From the NCBI GenBank assembly GCA_008632985.1, contig QPGO01000015.1:311998-375997 (forward strand): a DNA stretch of 64,000 nt, given 5' to 3'. The position numbers and the translations under genes were made by a program. The first letter of the stretch is position 1. Each line of letters starts with the position of its first letter. Below, in pieces: positions 53,701-64,000 of this stretch. The notes beneath the pieces are model-generated. The model was given only the letters and a program-made list of their open reading frames with translations, was not told the origin of the DNA and did no database searches. The stretch is from Psammoneis japonica. Its lineage: Eukaryota.

Positions 53701-54149
53701 AAGAAAGGGATGGAGGAGGAGAGGAAAGAGTTCAGAGCCTGCATGGCTGCAAAGGAGGGGGACTCAAGAGCTCAGAGACTGCCTGGCTGTGAGGGAGAAA
53801 AACATGAAGCTGTCTGCAATCTTGAAGCCACTGAGCTGCAGATCCATGTCATCCCTGTTCAAAGATGCTGTGCAAGCAGCAGCAATGAAAGGGACCAAGA
53901 ATGCCTGTTTGTCACAGATTTTCATGCAAAAAGGCATGATCAGACTGCCCAACATGCTGCTCCACACTTGTGCCTTGGACCCAGCCTTGGCTGGCTGTGT
54001 TTTGGGCACCATGATTGACAAAGCATCTTTTTCACAAATCCATCTGTTGTGCCAAAGAAAGGCATTTACACTGTACAAAGCTGCAAGGACTGCAGGCCAA
54101 CATCAGCTGGTGGAAGCAAGGGCAGTGCACATCCCCATTGAGGATCCTT

Positions 54150-56900
54150 GCCTGATCCAAAGACATGATGTGCCAGTTGGTTTGTGGCAAACTGTGCTGC
54201 ACCACCCCACTGAGACCTTTTTGGTGCTCGGTTGTTGTTGACGTTGTGTGTTTCCCACCAACCTCATGTGCACTCCAGGAGTTGACTGGTGTCATGGAGC
54301 AGGTGCCAGCACACATTGACTTCTGACAACCCAACAAACTCATCTGTGGCACATTGCAACTGCTGATTTTTCTTGTGGTTGTTGAAGAGTGGGAGTCCCC
54401 TTGGGTTTTGCAATGCTGTTCTTAACGCAGATTCTTGTTTTTTCCCTGAATCATCCCCCCAATCCTCACCTGGGTGGACAACTCTCTTGCCTGGTGCTAA
54501 AGGCTGTTGTCTAAATTCCCATGCATTGTTTGTCATGCAGTTTCATCACCTTTGGCACCCATTCCTCTGTCCAACTTGATGAGTGCCCCCCTCCCCACAC
54601 CCATCCAGCAGTTGACCCCATCTCTCAGCTCCTGCCCTCACAGGCTCTTGGTCTGCAGCACCCAGTTGCTGGGGTCTAGGTTGCCTTGGATGGCATCATT
54701 CTCAGGGGGCTGGGTGGCCTTGCCTGCAGGGGGGGGTTGATTGGGCTCACCCTGTCCTTGCAATGCTGCGGTGGGTTCATTCTGACATGTTGAGTTTGCC
54801 AGTTGGACTTGAACTTGAAGGTTCCTGATGGTGGCTTCCATCTCAGCTGTCTGTGTTTGCATCTGTTCTGGTTCATCTGCAGTTAAGGTGGGTGTGCTTT
54901 GCGTTGATTGAAGCTGGTGAATTAAGTTGATGAGGCCTGGTTCCAATGGGCAATTTGAGCCCATTGTGGCCACAGATTTGTTGGTGACATCCGGGCAGAA
55001 ATCACATTGGCTTCAACACATCTTGGGGGCTGGTTGTTCAGGCAGCTTGGGTTTGTTGCTTGCCTCAGGCTTGGATCTGTCTGCGAAGATTGTGAATTAA
55101 AGATCCTTGTCTCCTTCAAGCAACTCAGCTGGGGTGAGGTCTTCCTCAGTTGCTGCTGCTGCGCCATTGGAAGGATCAAAGATGAGAGAGTCTGCCAGCT
55201 TGTTGGCAGCAGTCATGAAGTTCAGATGGTGTTGCTCATCTGAGTGGCGGTGCTTTAAGAGTGGCAGGAGACTGGTGATTCTTCCTCTTGCTTTGTTGGA
55301 CAGCTTGGGCAAAAAGTTGAATTTTGTGCATCCGGCATTTTCTTGTGCTTGTTGATGACTGGGAAAAGTTTCTCTCCTGGGTGCTTGTTGGAATCCATCT
55401 GCGTTGTTGCCTCACACAAGGATTTTCTGTTTGGCTGACTTTCAGATTTGCAGCCAAGTTCAAAGATCTGGTCCATTGATTCCTGGCAGCAGTCATTGCT
55501 TCTCATCATCCTGACAAAAGTGTCTTGCCCAGCTCGCAGCATCTGTGCACCCCATTTTGACCAGTCATTGAAGACGTTTCTACAGCTTGGAATGAAATGG
55601 CAGCATTGGCCTGAAGGGAATCTATCTTTTGCTTTTGAGGAGCAAACATGCTGCAGAGCCTTCCTGCCTTGGTGTTCCTTTTTGGAATTGGCTTCAGCTT
55701 TGGCTTCGAAAGCACAGACTTTGTTTGTCTTCATGTCCCGCCTCTGGCCTGGTTCCTGCACATTGACATTTCTCCATCTAAAGCCTGCCTCCTGGCCCAC
55801 GGCTTCCTGGAAAACAACCTTGTGGGCTTCACGGTTGTGGTCCTCAAAAGAAAAAAGCAGCCAACCCAGCTTGGAGAGCTCCTGTGGAAGTGGCACTGAG
55901 CCAGGGTACAGTCTGACATCGTTGTCCTGGAAGAAGTGGTCAACCTCCTCCATGATGGTGTTGTGGGACTTGTTGCTTCTAATGAAGTTGTTGTGAAAAG
56001 CCTCCACCTCCTTTTGGGTGACACAGCACTTGTGAAAGTGCTCCCTCATCTGTGCATCATTCTTGGGTGGCTCTTGTGGTTTTGTCAGTGGCTTCTTGTT
56101 CGAGCCCTCTCTTCATGGGCATGGCATGTGTGATGTGTCCACTTCCTGGAGCAGTTCTCTGCCAGGACATCCTGATGGCATTTTCTAGCCTCGCTCCTGT
56201 CCTTCTTGGCAATGAACTTGATGATGAGCATGCACCTGTGTCAGTGGGTCCTGGGTGCAGCCTGAACCGCCAGCATGAGTTGCTGAACCATCTCCTGGGG
56301 GGTGGGTTTGAGGTGGAGGTTTCTGTGTTCCAAGAGCTCTCATTGTCCTTTGGAGCACCAGTCACTGGAGCAGCATCAGAGTTGTTTCCAGATGGGCCAT
56401 GGTCTTCTTGAGAGTTTTCATTTTGGGCCAGGGTGGAATTGTTTTGTTCGGGGTTGTCCTCCTCACCCTCATTGTGATTGGATTGGTTCACTCTTGGGTC
56501 AGATGCCAGCAGGAAGCAGGGGTTGTATCCTGGATCACCAGGGAACAGCTGTGAGCTGTGGCCTCGGGTTCCAATGGAGCGGGTGGGCATTGTGGCTTGT
56601 GATGTCATAAATCCCCTCTGCCTCCATGTCTGTGGTGATGTCCTGAATGGTTGGATCAACCATGACGAGTTTGAAACTGCCTGGCTTGCTTTTGAGGAGA
56701 TTTCTGAGTGAGATTGTAGCTGTTGGTGGCAGCTGATGAGGACAGTGATTCCATGTCATCATCTTGGTTGGTTTGAGTTTGTGAAATCGTCATTCCATCC
56801 CCCCCTGCATCATCAATGGACTGTTTGGATTGTTCAACTCCAATCGGTGTCCAAGCAACCACCCAATTGTCCATCAGCCCAATCAGATGGGAGTCAGTTC
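54150..56900 (-). mobile_element. Degenerate non-LTR retrotransposon (Ambal-like): ORF1 about 56900-54900 plus the start of the ORF2 AP-endonuclease about 54540-54150; RT not seen
   Basis: APE N-terminus 'WGDD..KKQESALR.ALQNPRGLP...KN...GLSEVNVCWH'. ORF1 'LGWLLFS...FRWRNV...SS...FPSG...FIP...LR..Q..F...KLF'. Confidence 0.7.
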
Positions 56901-57139
56901 TCGATTTTTTTTGTCCTTGTTTGTTTGAAGACCCTTCAGTTGCCGGAATTTCACAGTCTCTGACCATGGTGCTGCACACATTTCCCCATCCTGGTCGCAG
57001 TTGGTCCTGTGGCACTGCTGGCATTGATTCCATGTGTCAGATTTGAGTGGCTGTGACTTCCCTGCACACCTCTGCACAAGGGATGCACCACAGCATGTTT
57101 GTCCACAGTTTCTGCCAGTTCACAATGTCACAGATCTTA

Positions 57140-57967
57140 GAGAAGTGCAATGGGCTGCATCACATCACTGCAGCCACCATGTCCCTCTCCAGCTTCCATG
57201 CTGCACCCCGTCAAGGCTGTTTGGATTGCACCAAACATGTCTGTGGATTCTTGTGCAAGATTCAACATGGTGCCCTGCAATTGCATGCCAAGGAACACGA
57301 CTGTTTGGACCTTTCTAAGCCTGTGCATGACTGGGCTCAAACCACACATGGTGATGCGGAGCAACTGATTCCCAAAGACATGCGCAGCCCTCTTGGCAAC
57401 TTTGTCACCATGACCCATTGTGTTGATGCAAGCTTGCTCCATTGCATGCTCACTGGATGCTCTGTCACAGGCATCATTTTTCATTTCCTCAACAAGTTTC
57501 CAGCTGATTGGTTCTTCAAGAAACAAGCTGCAGTTGAGACTGCAACTCATGGATCTGAGTTGTTTGTTGCTGCTGGGATGTGTGTTGAACAACAGATCAT
57601 TGATCTGTGCATCACATTGCATCACCTTGTTGTCCCAATCCACAACACATGTTGCATGTTTGGGGACAACAAGTCAGTTGTGGACAGTGCCACCATCCCC
57701 CACTCCAAGTTACACAAGCGACACACCGCCCTCTTGTTCCATCATGTGCGTGAGGCAATTGCCTCTGGTTTCCTCAAGTTCGACTTCCTTGAAGGTTCCT
57801 GCAACCCCGCTGACATCCTCAGCAAACACTGGGGTTGCTCCCAGGGTTGGAACCTCCTCCATCCTCTCATGTTTTGGAGCTTTGATCCTGAGGCCTTTGG
57901 TCAATCTGACTTTGAATCTGTTGCTGCTGTGGACTCCTCAAGCAAACTGAGGAGTGACAGGATTTGA
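57140..57967 (+). mobile_element. Degenerate Ty1/Copia (CoDi-like, second family): RT C-terminus and RNase H, then a PPT-like GAGGAG and probable LTR start TG at 57955
   Basis: 'MSLSSFHAAPRQG.LD', 'THCVDASLLHCMLTGCSVTGI', 'KKQAAVETATHGSE', 'MFGDNKSVVDSATIPHSKLHKRH.AL.FHHVREAIA' and 'NPADILSKHWG'. Confidence 0.92.
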
Positions 57968-58227
57968 ACAAGATTTTAGTTTGTTGCACAAAAATGTGTG
58001 TGCTTTCAGTTCTGCACATGACACAAATGCAGTTTGCTTTTGAGCCACTTGGCTCATGAGAATTGTGACAGTGGCACCCACATCATGACACCCCAGTCTT
58101 TGGGCTCCCACAACACATTGTCTGCATGAGCACTCATCTGCTGTTTAGACAGCAGCAAGGAGTCATTGTTTTCTTCCACCCAGTCATCTTGTTTTCTGTG
58201 AACTCACATTCATGCTCACAAGGACTG

Positions 58228-58575
58228 CAACAGAGGCAACACTTTTACCCTGAAGAGCAAAGGACTTGATTGAACAGCAAAGAAAAGAGGTGGCATTGAA
58301 GACTGACTGGTGTGGATGGAAGCAGTCATCCAGAGTCATGACAAGCTGAGAGTCAGTGGCTTCATGCAGAAACAATGCCAGATCTTGCCCAGAAAAGCCA
58401 ACAGGCACAGCAAATGAATGATCAATGGACACTGGAGGATGACTCATGCTTGCGCTAGAAAGGGATCCAACAACAGAGGCAGTGCTTTCACCCTGAAGAG
58501 TGAGGGAAAAAGAAGCAGTGTTGAAGAGAACCCACTGGCATGGACAGAAGCAGTCTAGAGATGTGACATGCAGAT
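58228..58575. repeat. Diverged direct repeat of about 110 bp (about 58228-58345 and 58470-58575)
   Basis: Shared 'caacagaggca..ctt.accctgaagag', 'ttgaaga..actgg..tgga..gaagcagtc'. Confidence 0.7.
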
Positions 58576-58639
58576 TGTCAACAGTTTCTTCTGAGTCCTG
58601 CAGAACTTGAGCTGGAACCTGTGCAAAAAGGTTTCTGAG

Positions 58640-59920
58640 ATGACAGAAATTTGAGAGAAACAACAACCAGTGTGTGAGCCACAAGGCTTTGACACACACA
58701 ATTTTCTGCTGAAGAATGTTGCTTGTCATGCTGCAGTTGGCAAATGTGAACAAAATGGGCTTGTTGGAGCCAACATGACACCATCTGAGAAGGGCAACAT
58801 CAGTGCAAGAAGTTGTGCACAAACCCGCATGGAGACCAGAATGTGCAGCTGACATCAAAAAGTGCAATTGCAAAAAGAACAGCTGCATGTTTGCCAAATG
58901 CACTGCACTCCAGTTCACCCTTCACCTGTGTGCTTTGTGGGGGGGGGGCACACAACAACAGCCAGGATGCCATCAAGACAAAATTGTTGTGCTGCCTGGA
59001 GGTGTTGACAATGCCTCCACCAGCTGAGTGGTGCATGAGCAGCTGCACTGCCCTGGCAAGACATGTGCAGAAACATCCACTGCCCATCACTTCCACTGGC
59101 CTGGCATCATGAGTGCTGCAGTGCATTCTGCATGTGTCAAGTGCAAACAATGCCAGGAGATGAAATGCCAGACACAGCATTGCAAGAAGCTGTCAGAAGT
59201 CCAAAAAAACAGCCAAAAGAATCCTGCAGGAGACCTTGTGTGTGGATGTGACATGGGGTCCCACCAAATTGAGTGATTTGGAAAAGACACTCTGCAACAG
59301 TGAACAGCAACTGTGACTGCCCAGGCACCAGGAAGATTCAAGTGCCAAGATTGTGGAAGTGTCTGCCAAACATGATGCAGGTGTCACAGAGTCACCAGGG
59401 CAAATGTCATGAAGCAAACCTCCCTGGCCATGTGCAGGTGCATCCAAATCCACAGGCAAGCACTTCTGCAAAAATGCACACAACAGACACTTGGAAATGT
59501 GGTGTGCTCATTTTCAGTGTGGGACATGGAGTTGGACAAGGGGAAGGGCATCCTTTCAGCCATGGCTTCTGTCATGCATGCTGCATCACATGCCACTGCA
59601 TGGGCAAATCCCAAACAATTGGCCTTTGACATGATGCAGCTCTTCTGTCCATTGCCCTTTGTGCCAAGTGGTGGCACACCTGATGCAGAAAGCTGAAGCT
59701 GATGCACTCAAATGACAAATGCAAAAGCATGAAACAAAAGGAGTGCCAACACACCACAGGGCAGTTGGCACTTGTTGTCAAACAAGGGCAAAAAGACAAA
59801 ACACAGAACTGGTTGTCATGCAGGTCCTGCCAGTGTTGTCAGCATGAGTGACAGCAACACTTTGCATCCACAAGATGGTGTGCTGACACAGACATGTGCA
59901 ATCTGTGGCAGATTGTGCAC
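58640..59920 (+). mobile_element. Degenerate Ty3/Gypsy RNase H end and integrase
   Basis: Zn-binding region 'HEQLHCPGKTCAETSTAHHFHWPG...CKQCQ'. Core end 'QQTLGNVVCSF...GILSAMASVMHAASHAT..ANPKQLAF'. GPY/F-like 'HAGPASVV'. Confidence 0.8.
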
Positions 59921-59934
59921 TGCCATGCCACATC

Positions 59935-60670
59935 ACATTTTTCTTGATGCAACAATGCAGATGAGCACTGATGGTTGATGTGCAGGAGTCATTGGCTCTC
60001 CCAAATTTGCATGAGAGGCCAATGGATGAACATGATGACAGTGTGGTGGCAGAACTGTCAGCACTTTTCTGCTGCCATGCAACAGCACAATGTTGTCATT
60101 GACATGACAACACAGATGAGTGCCAATGGCTGGTGCATCAGAATGGCCCATTTTGCTCAAACTGCAGGAGCTCATCATTTTGTTCAAACTTGCATGAGAC
60201 TGGCACCACTTTCATGATGGTGTTGCAAGCACTTTTCTGCAGCCTTGTTGCAGGGTGTCTTTCTTCACAACACAGATGAGTGCTGACGGCTGGCACAAGA
60301 AGAGAACAACCACTTTTGCTCAAATTGTGGGAGTCACTGGCTTGTTCAAATTTGAAGGAGAGACCAATGGTGCCAACACAATGACAACATGGTGGTGGCA
60401 TGTCAACACTTTCCCACAGCTGTGCCACAACAGCATGTCTTTCATGATGTGACAAGACTGCAGATGAGCATTGATGGCTGGTGTGAAGGAGAGCAGCCTG
60501 TTTTGCTCAAACTGCAGGAGTTCATCACATTGTTGTTCAAGCTTGCATGAGACAGCCAACAGCACTTTTTTGTGATGATGATGTGGCAGAGTTGTCAGCA
60601 CTTTCTTGCAACCTTGCCACAGTGTGTCTTTCTTGACAAGACAGCACAAATGATTGTTGATGAACATGTC
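59935..60670. repeat. Degenerate tandem array of about 4.5 units of 155-188 bp with an ABAB higher-order structure
   Basis: Anchor 'cagatgag' at 59958, 60113, 60273 and 60461 (variant at 60647). Shared 'ttttgctcaaactgcaggag' and 'tgtcagcacttt'. Confidence 0.8.
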
Positions 60671-61229
60671 ATGTTCTGGCACACATCAGCAATTTGGAGA
60701 TGCACTGGGCAGCAACAATGTTCCTGTCATTGGCACACTGCCAAGGTGCACATGAAATGGTGGTTTGTGAGCTTGGCTGCTGCACCACCCCCACATGAGT
60801 GCCTCAGAACTGCCAAGCAAGTGTTGATCTTCAGATGGTCCTGATGCATGATTTGGTCATTTTGGAAGACTGGCAGAGATTGTGCTTTGAATCCATGGGG
60901 CACCCTGCCTAAAAACAACTTCCATGTTGGCAACATCTGCTTTTTCAATTGCCACAAAACAAGTCTCAGCATGTGGTCCAAACACTCTGATGGCAGCACA
61001 TGCACACTTGTGGGACATTGTCACATGCAGAGACAATGCTGCAGTTGCCATGAAGTGGTGGGAACTTCAAATGGTGGCATCTGCTGTTGCACCATTGTAG
61101 AGTGCAGCATCTTCACTCCTCATGTCTCTTCATGATGTCTGCATGGTGCATCACAGAATTGTGCATGGCGCATGCATGCATGGAGCCCCACATGGGGTTG
61201 CACTTGCACACCAAAATGAGCTCTCTAAG

Positions 61230-62130
61230 CTTTCCATGGCCATGACATCTTTTCCTAGAGAATGTTGGGTGAGTCATTGCATGAGCCCATTTGCAGGACC
61301 TGCGTGTCTTGCACCACCTTCCTCATGGGCAGACAAGCATGCACATCTTTTGGCTGCCACCATCAACAAAGTCAAATGTGGCAGCATCCAGCATTGAGGA
61401 GATCCGATGATGTCACCCACCACACAAAGCCTTCAAGCTCATGCAGCATGTCCTGGATGTGAGGAATTGGGTGGGTCAATCTTTTGACCCCATTGTTGAG
61501 CTCCCAGAAATCACCAAGAAACCATGCCAGCACAAAATCTTGCTTTGGCAAGGAAAATGATGGAGCTGCACACTGCAGACACAGTTGGTTGTGCATCCAG
61601 TGATGAGAATTTCACAAATGCGCTCCACTTCCTTTCTCTTGGCATCGCTTCACATCCCCTTGGGGCTTTGCAAGGATGTCTGTTGTCAGCAACATGGCTC
61701 AGCATGATCCTCTTTAAGCTGGGTGTGGTGAGGACCCCCTTTCCATTCACCTGACATGCCATCAAACAAGGACTCACACTTTTTCAACAAACTGAGCAGC
61801 TTCACTTTCCAGTTGCTGTCAAGTCCTGTTGCTCCCTGCATTGTGTCCTCAAGGCATGCTGGCACATGCTTGGCATCTGAGATCTTTAAAATTCCATTGC
61901 TTTCTGAAAACAGTGGCTCTGGATCTTGAAAACAGATGGAGGTTTCTGCAGTGGCTTCTGTGCATTTAAATGGCATCTTGTTGTTAACCTTTGGCCACTC
62001 TAGCATGTCTCATCCAACAACCATGTCAGGTTTGCCCAATGATCAGCTGTGTGTGTGGTGAACTTCACACACAAGTTCTGCAGTTGTGGACAATTCTGGC
62101 AACTGGAAATTGGTGGTGTGAGAACTGTGT
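61230..62130 (-). mobile_element. Degenerate Ty3/Gypsy protease-RT fragment
   Basis: 'LLSLLKKCESLFDGMSGEWKG.PHH.QLK', 'KEVERICE', 'AAPSFSLPK', 'DFWELN..VKR..HPIPHIQDMLHELEGF', 'SDLLNAGCCHI' and 'MG.CN'. Confidence 0.88.
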
Positions 62131-62439
62131 GCCATCTTAACTCTTTGTTTGCCAGAATAGATTAGATTGGAATTTTTTGCATGGTGTGCAGATGCACATG
62201 TTTTTCATGATGTGCACCACCACACACCACAAGGGTGGTGATGCCAACAGCCACAACAGCGTTGTTGCATTTGCCATTGTTGCAGAGCCACCATGGCAGG
62301 TGATGTCCTCCACCATTTTCCAGTGGCATTTTTTTATTTCAATGTTGTGGTTGCTGTCATTGCCAATTTTTCCTCTGCAACAATTTGACTGCATTCATGT
62401 GGTTGCTGTTGTTGTTGCTGTGTGAGACATTCCAACTGT

Positions 62440-62955
62440 GAGCTGTGCTTGGAATTGTGGAAGGGGGGCAAAAGAGATGCAAGCAAGCTTTTGTTTCATG
62501 GTTAAAGCAAGACATGTTGTTGTCTCTTGCATTGTCATTCAGTGCTCAACACATTTCATGTGATGCCTTGGCATCACACACTGATGCATGTTTTCTGGCT
62601 ACACTCATTTGTTGCATCAGAACAAATGGAGAGCACTGTTGGTGGCATGGCAGTGAACTGTCACAGCAATGCTTTTTGTTCAGATTCAGGTGCAAGTGCT
62701 GCAGGAATGGCAGGATGCATGCCAGTTTAAAGAAGTCGCTCTTCCTTTAAAAAAATCATTTGGAAACTGTTGTTGCGCGTGATGCTGTTGGATTTCAAGT
62801 GTGGATGGGGGGCAAAAGCAACAGATGCAGGCAAGCTTTTGTCATTTTTCAAAGTGAGTTTACATTGTCTTTTCTTTGTTCAACAGATTCCATGCATCAC
62901 ATGCCAACACACATCATTTTTTACACCTCGGCACTGCACACTGATGCATGTGGTC
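62440..62955. repeat. Diverged direct repeat (about 62440-62600 and 62785-62955) in unidentified degenerate DNA
   Basis: Shared 'tgtgga.ggggggcaaaag...agatgca.gcaagcttttgt' and 'cacactgatgcatgt'. Confidence 0.7.
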
Positions 62956-64000
62956 AAATGTCTTCATTGCCTTCTTGTTGTGCACAAGGTCTTCTTCTTG
63001 CACAGGCCTCTTCCTCCCTTTCTTTGGTTGACAGGTCTTTCCATGTGTGAGACCATGTTTGCTGAAAGAGCACCACTGCAAGGCACACACTCAATTAAGC
63101 CACAGCACAGAGTGGCGCATGTTGTGTGACAGACAATGCACGTGCACATTGCCAATTTTAAACTGGCAGTTGCTGCACTTTGTTGCACCCAACATGTGTT
63201 TTAGATGTGTTGATGGCAACAATCTTAAATTGCACTGGCAGTCTTCTGTTCAGCTTTTCTTTTCTCATTGGCTGAGGGAGCCTTGTCTGCAGTGCCTGTG
63301 GACAGACATCTCCTTCCCCATGACTTCCTTGTCAAGATGCCTCTCAGAGGATCAGGGTGCAGGACATGTTCTTTGTGCATTGCATGTGAGCTTGTGCAAG
63401 TGAACAAGAGACAAAAAGGCATTCAGTGGACAAACAGCAAAGGGCTGGTCTTCTGCAAATGGATGCAACTAAGATCAGTGGAAGCTCACCTCATTTTCTT
63501 TTGTTGGTCAGTGCAAGAAATGACGGGTGAAACAGCAGCTGCAATTTCTGATGGCACTGGAGGTCAAGCAGTGGCTGGGGGAGCCATGCAGGACTCCAAA
63601 TCAGCATTCTCCATGGCAGTGTCAAGGGAGCTGAAGGTGAGCATAAAGACATGCTTGCCATTGTCCATGTCCATCATGCCCATGCCACAAACAACCGTGA
63701 TTTTGCAATGAAAAGTGGAAAACAGCAGCACAAAAAGCAAGGGTTAGCTGAGGGAATGTGAAGTGCAAAAAAGGACAATCCAGCGTAACAGAACAACAGC
63801 GTTGTGATGCACACTTGCCCATTGTTTGACAATCCACCAGATTCCATCCTGCAAATGACAACACCATTCTGTCAATGATGGTGGCTGGTTGCACCTGTCA
63901 TGATGCAAGAAATGCTGATGCAACAGCCGGTGAGTCACAAAGTGAAAACAAGATGGCAACACAACAACACACCAAGTCAAGCCATCACAATGCACCTCGC

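Noticed and set aside
51250..54100. Coding-like degenerate DNA between the Gypsy gag fragment and the LINE
   Set aside because: No family motif was recognisable, so it is left unassigned.
59935..60670. CRISPR-like array
   Set aside because: The units are long and homologous along their length with no unique spacers, there are no cas genes, and the context is eukaryotic.
44500..64000. Dense overlapping Cys/His-rich ORFs that look like metal-binding proteins
   Set aside because: Artefact of TA loss (which removes TAA/TAG stops and Tyr) and TG/CA gain. They overlap recognisable TE relics in other frames.
44500..64000. Alternative genetic code or RNA editing as the explanation for Tyr>His/Cys
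   Set aside because: Neighbouring host genes use Tyr codons normally, the relics also carry stops and frameshifts, and TA loss extends to all frames and non-coding parts.
44500..64000. Classical fungal RIP
   Set aside because: RIP converts CpA to TpA and raises TpA. Here TpA is lost and CpA/TpG accumulate.

Overview
Eukaryotic genomic DNA, most likely from a diatom (inferred from the compact genes with short GT-AG introns and the diatom-type Copia, Gypsy and Ambal-like LINE relics). Positions 1-36.2 kb are mostly gene-dense. They carry a SAM methyltransferase, a TMEM144-like transporter, a GT32-like glycosyltransferase, VPS33, a disrupted sulfatase, an EXS protein, PRP6, a large multi-reader chromatin protein, INTS2 and a convergent pair of ARM-repeat paralogs. 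One 3.3 kb degenerate island interrupts this stretch (about 6.85-10.15 kb). From about 36.6 kb the window holds unidentified decayed sequence, then from about 44.5 kb to the end a nest of retroelement relics. The most striking signal is mutational. The repeat DNA has lost CpG (to TpG/CpA, the ordinary 5mC-decay signature) and also almost all TpA (apparently to TpG/CpA, i.e. A:T>G:C on both strands). Conserved Tyr residues become His or Cys, and the Copia YVDD motif reads CVDN. Surviving TA sites are mostly YTAR. One 3.7 kb segment shows TpA loss while keeping its CpGs. This suggests a repeat-targeted, RIP-like but adenine-directed hypermutation process that I cannot match to a described system. 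All dinucleotide statements are by-eye and need computation.
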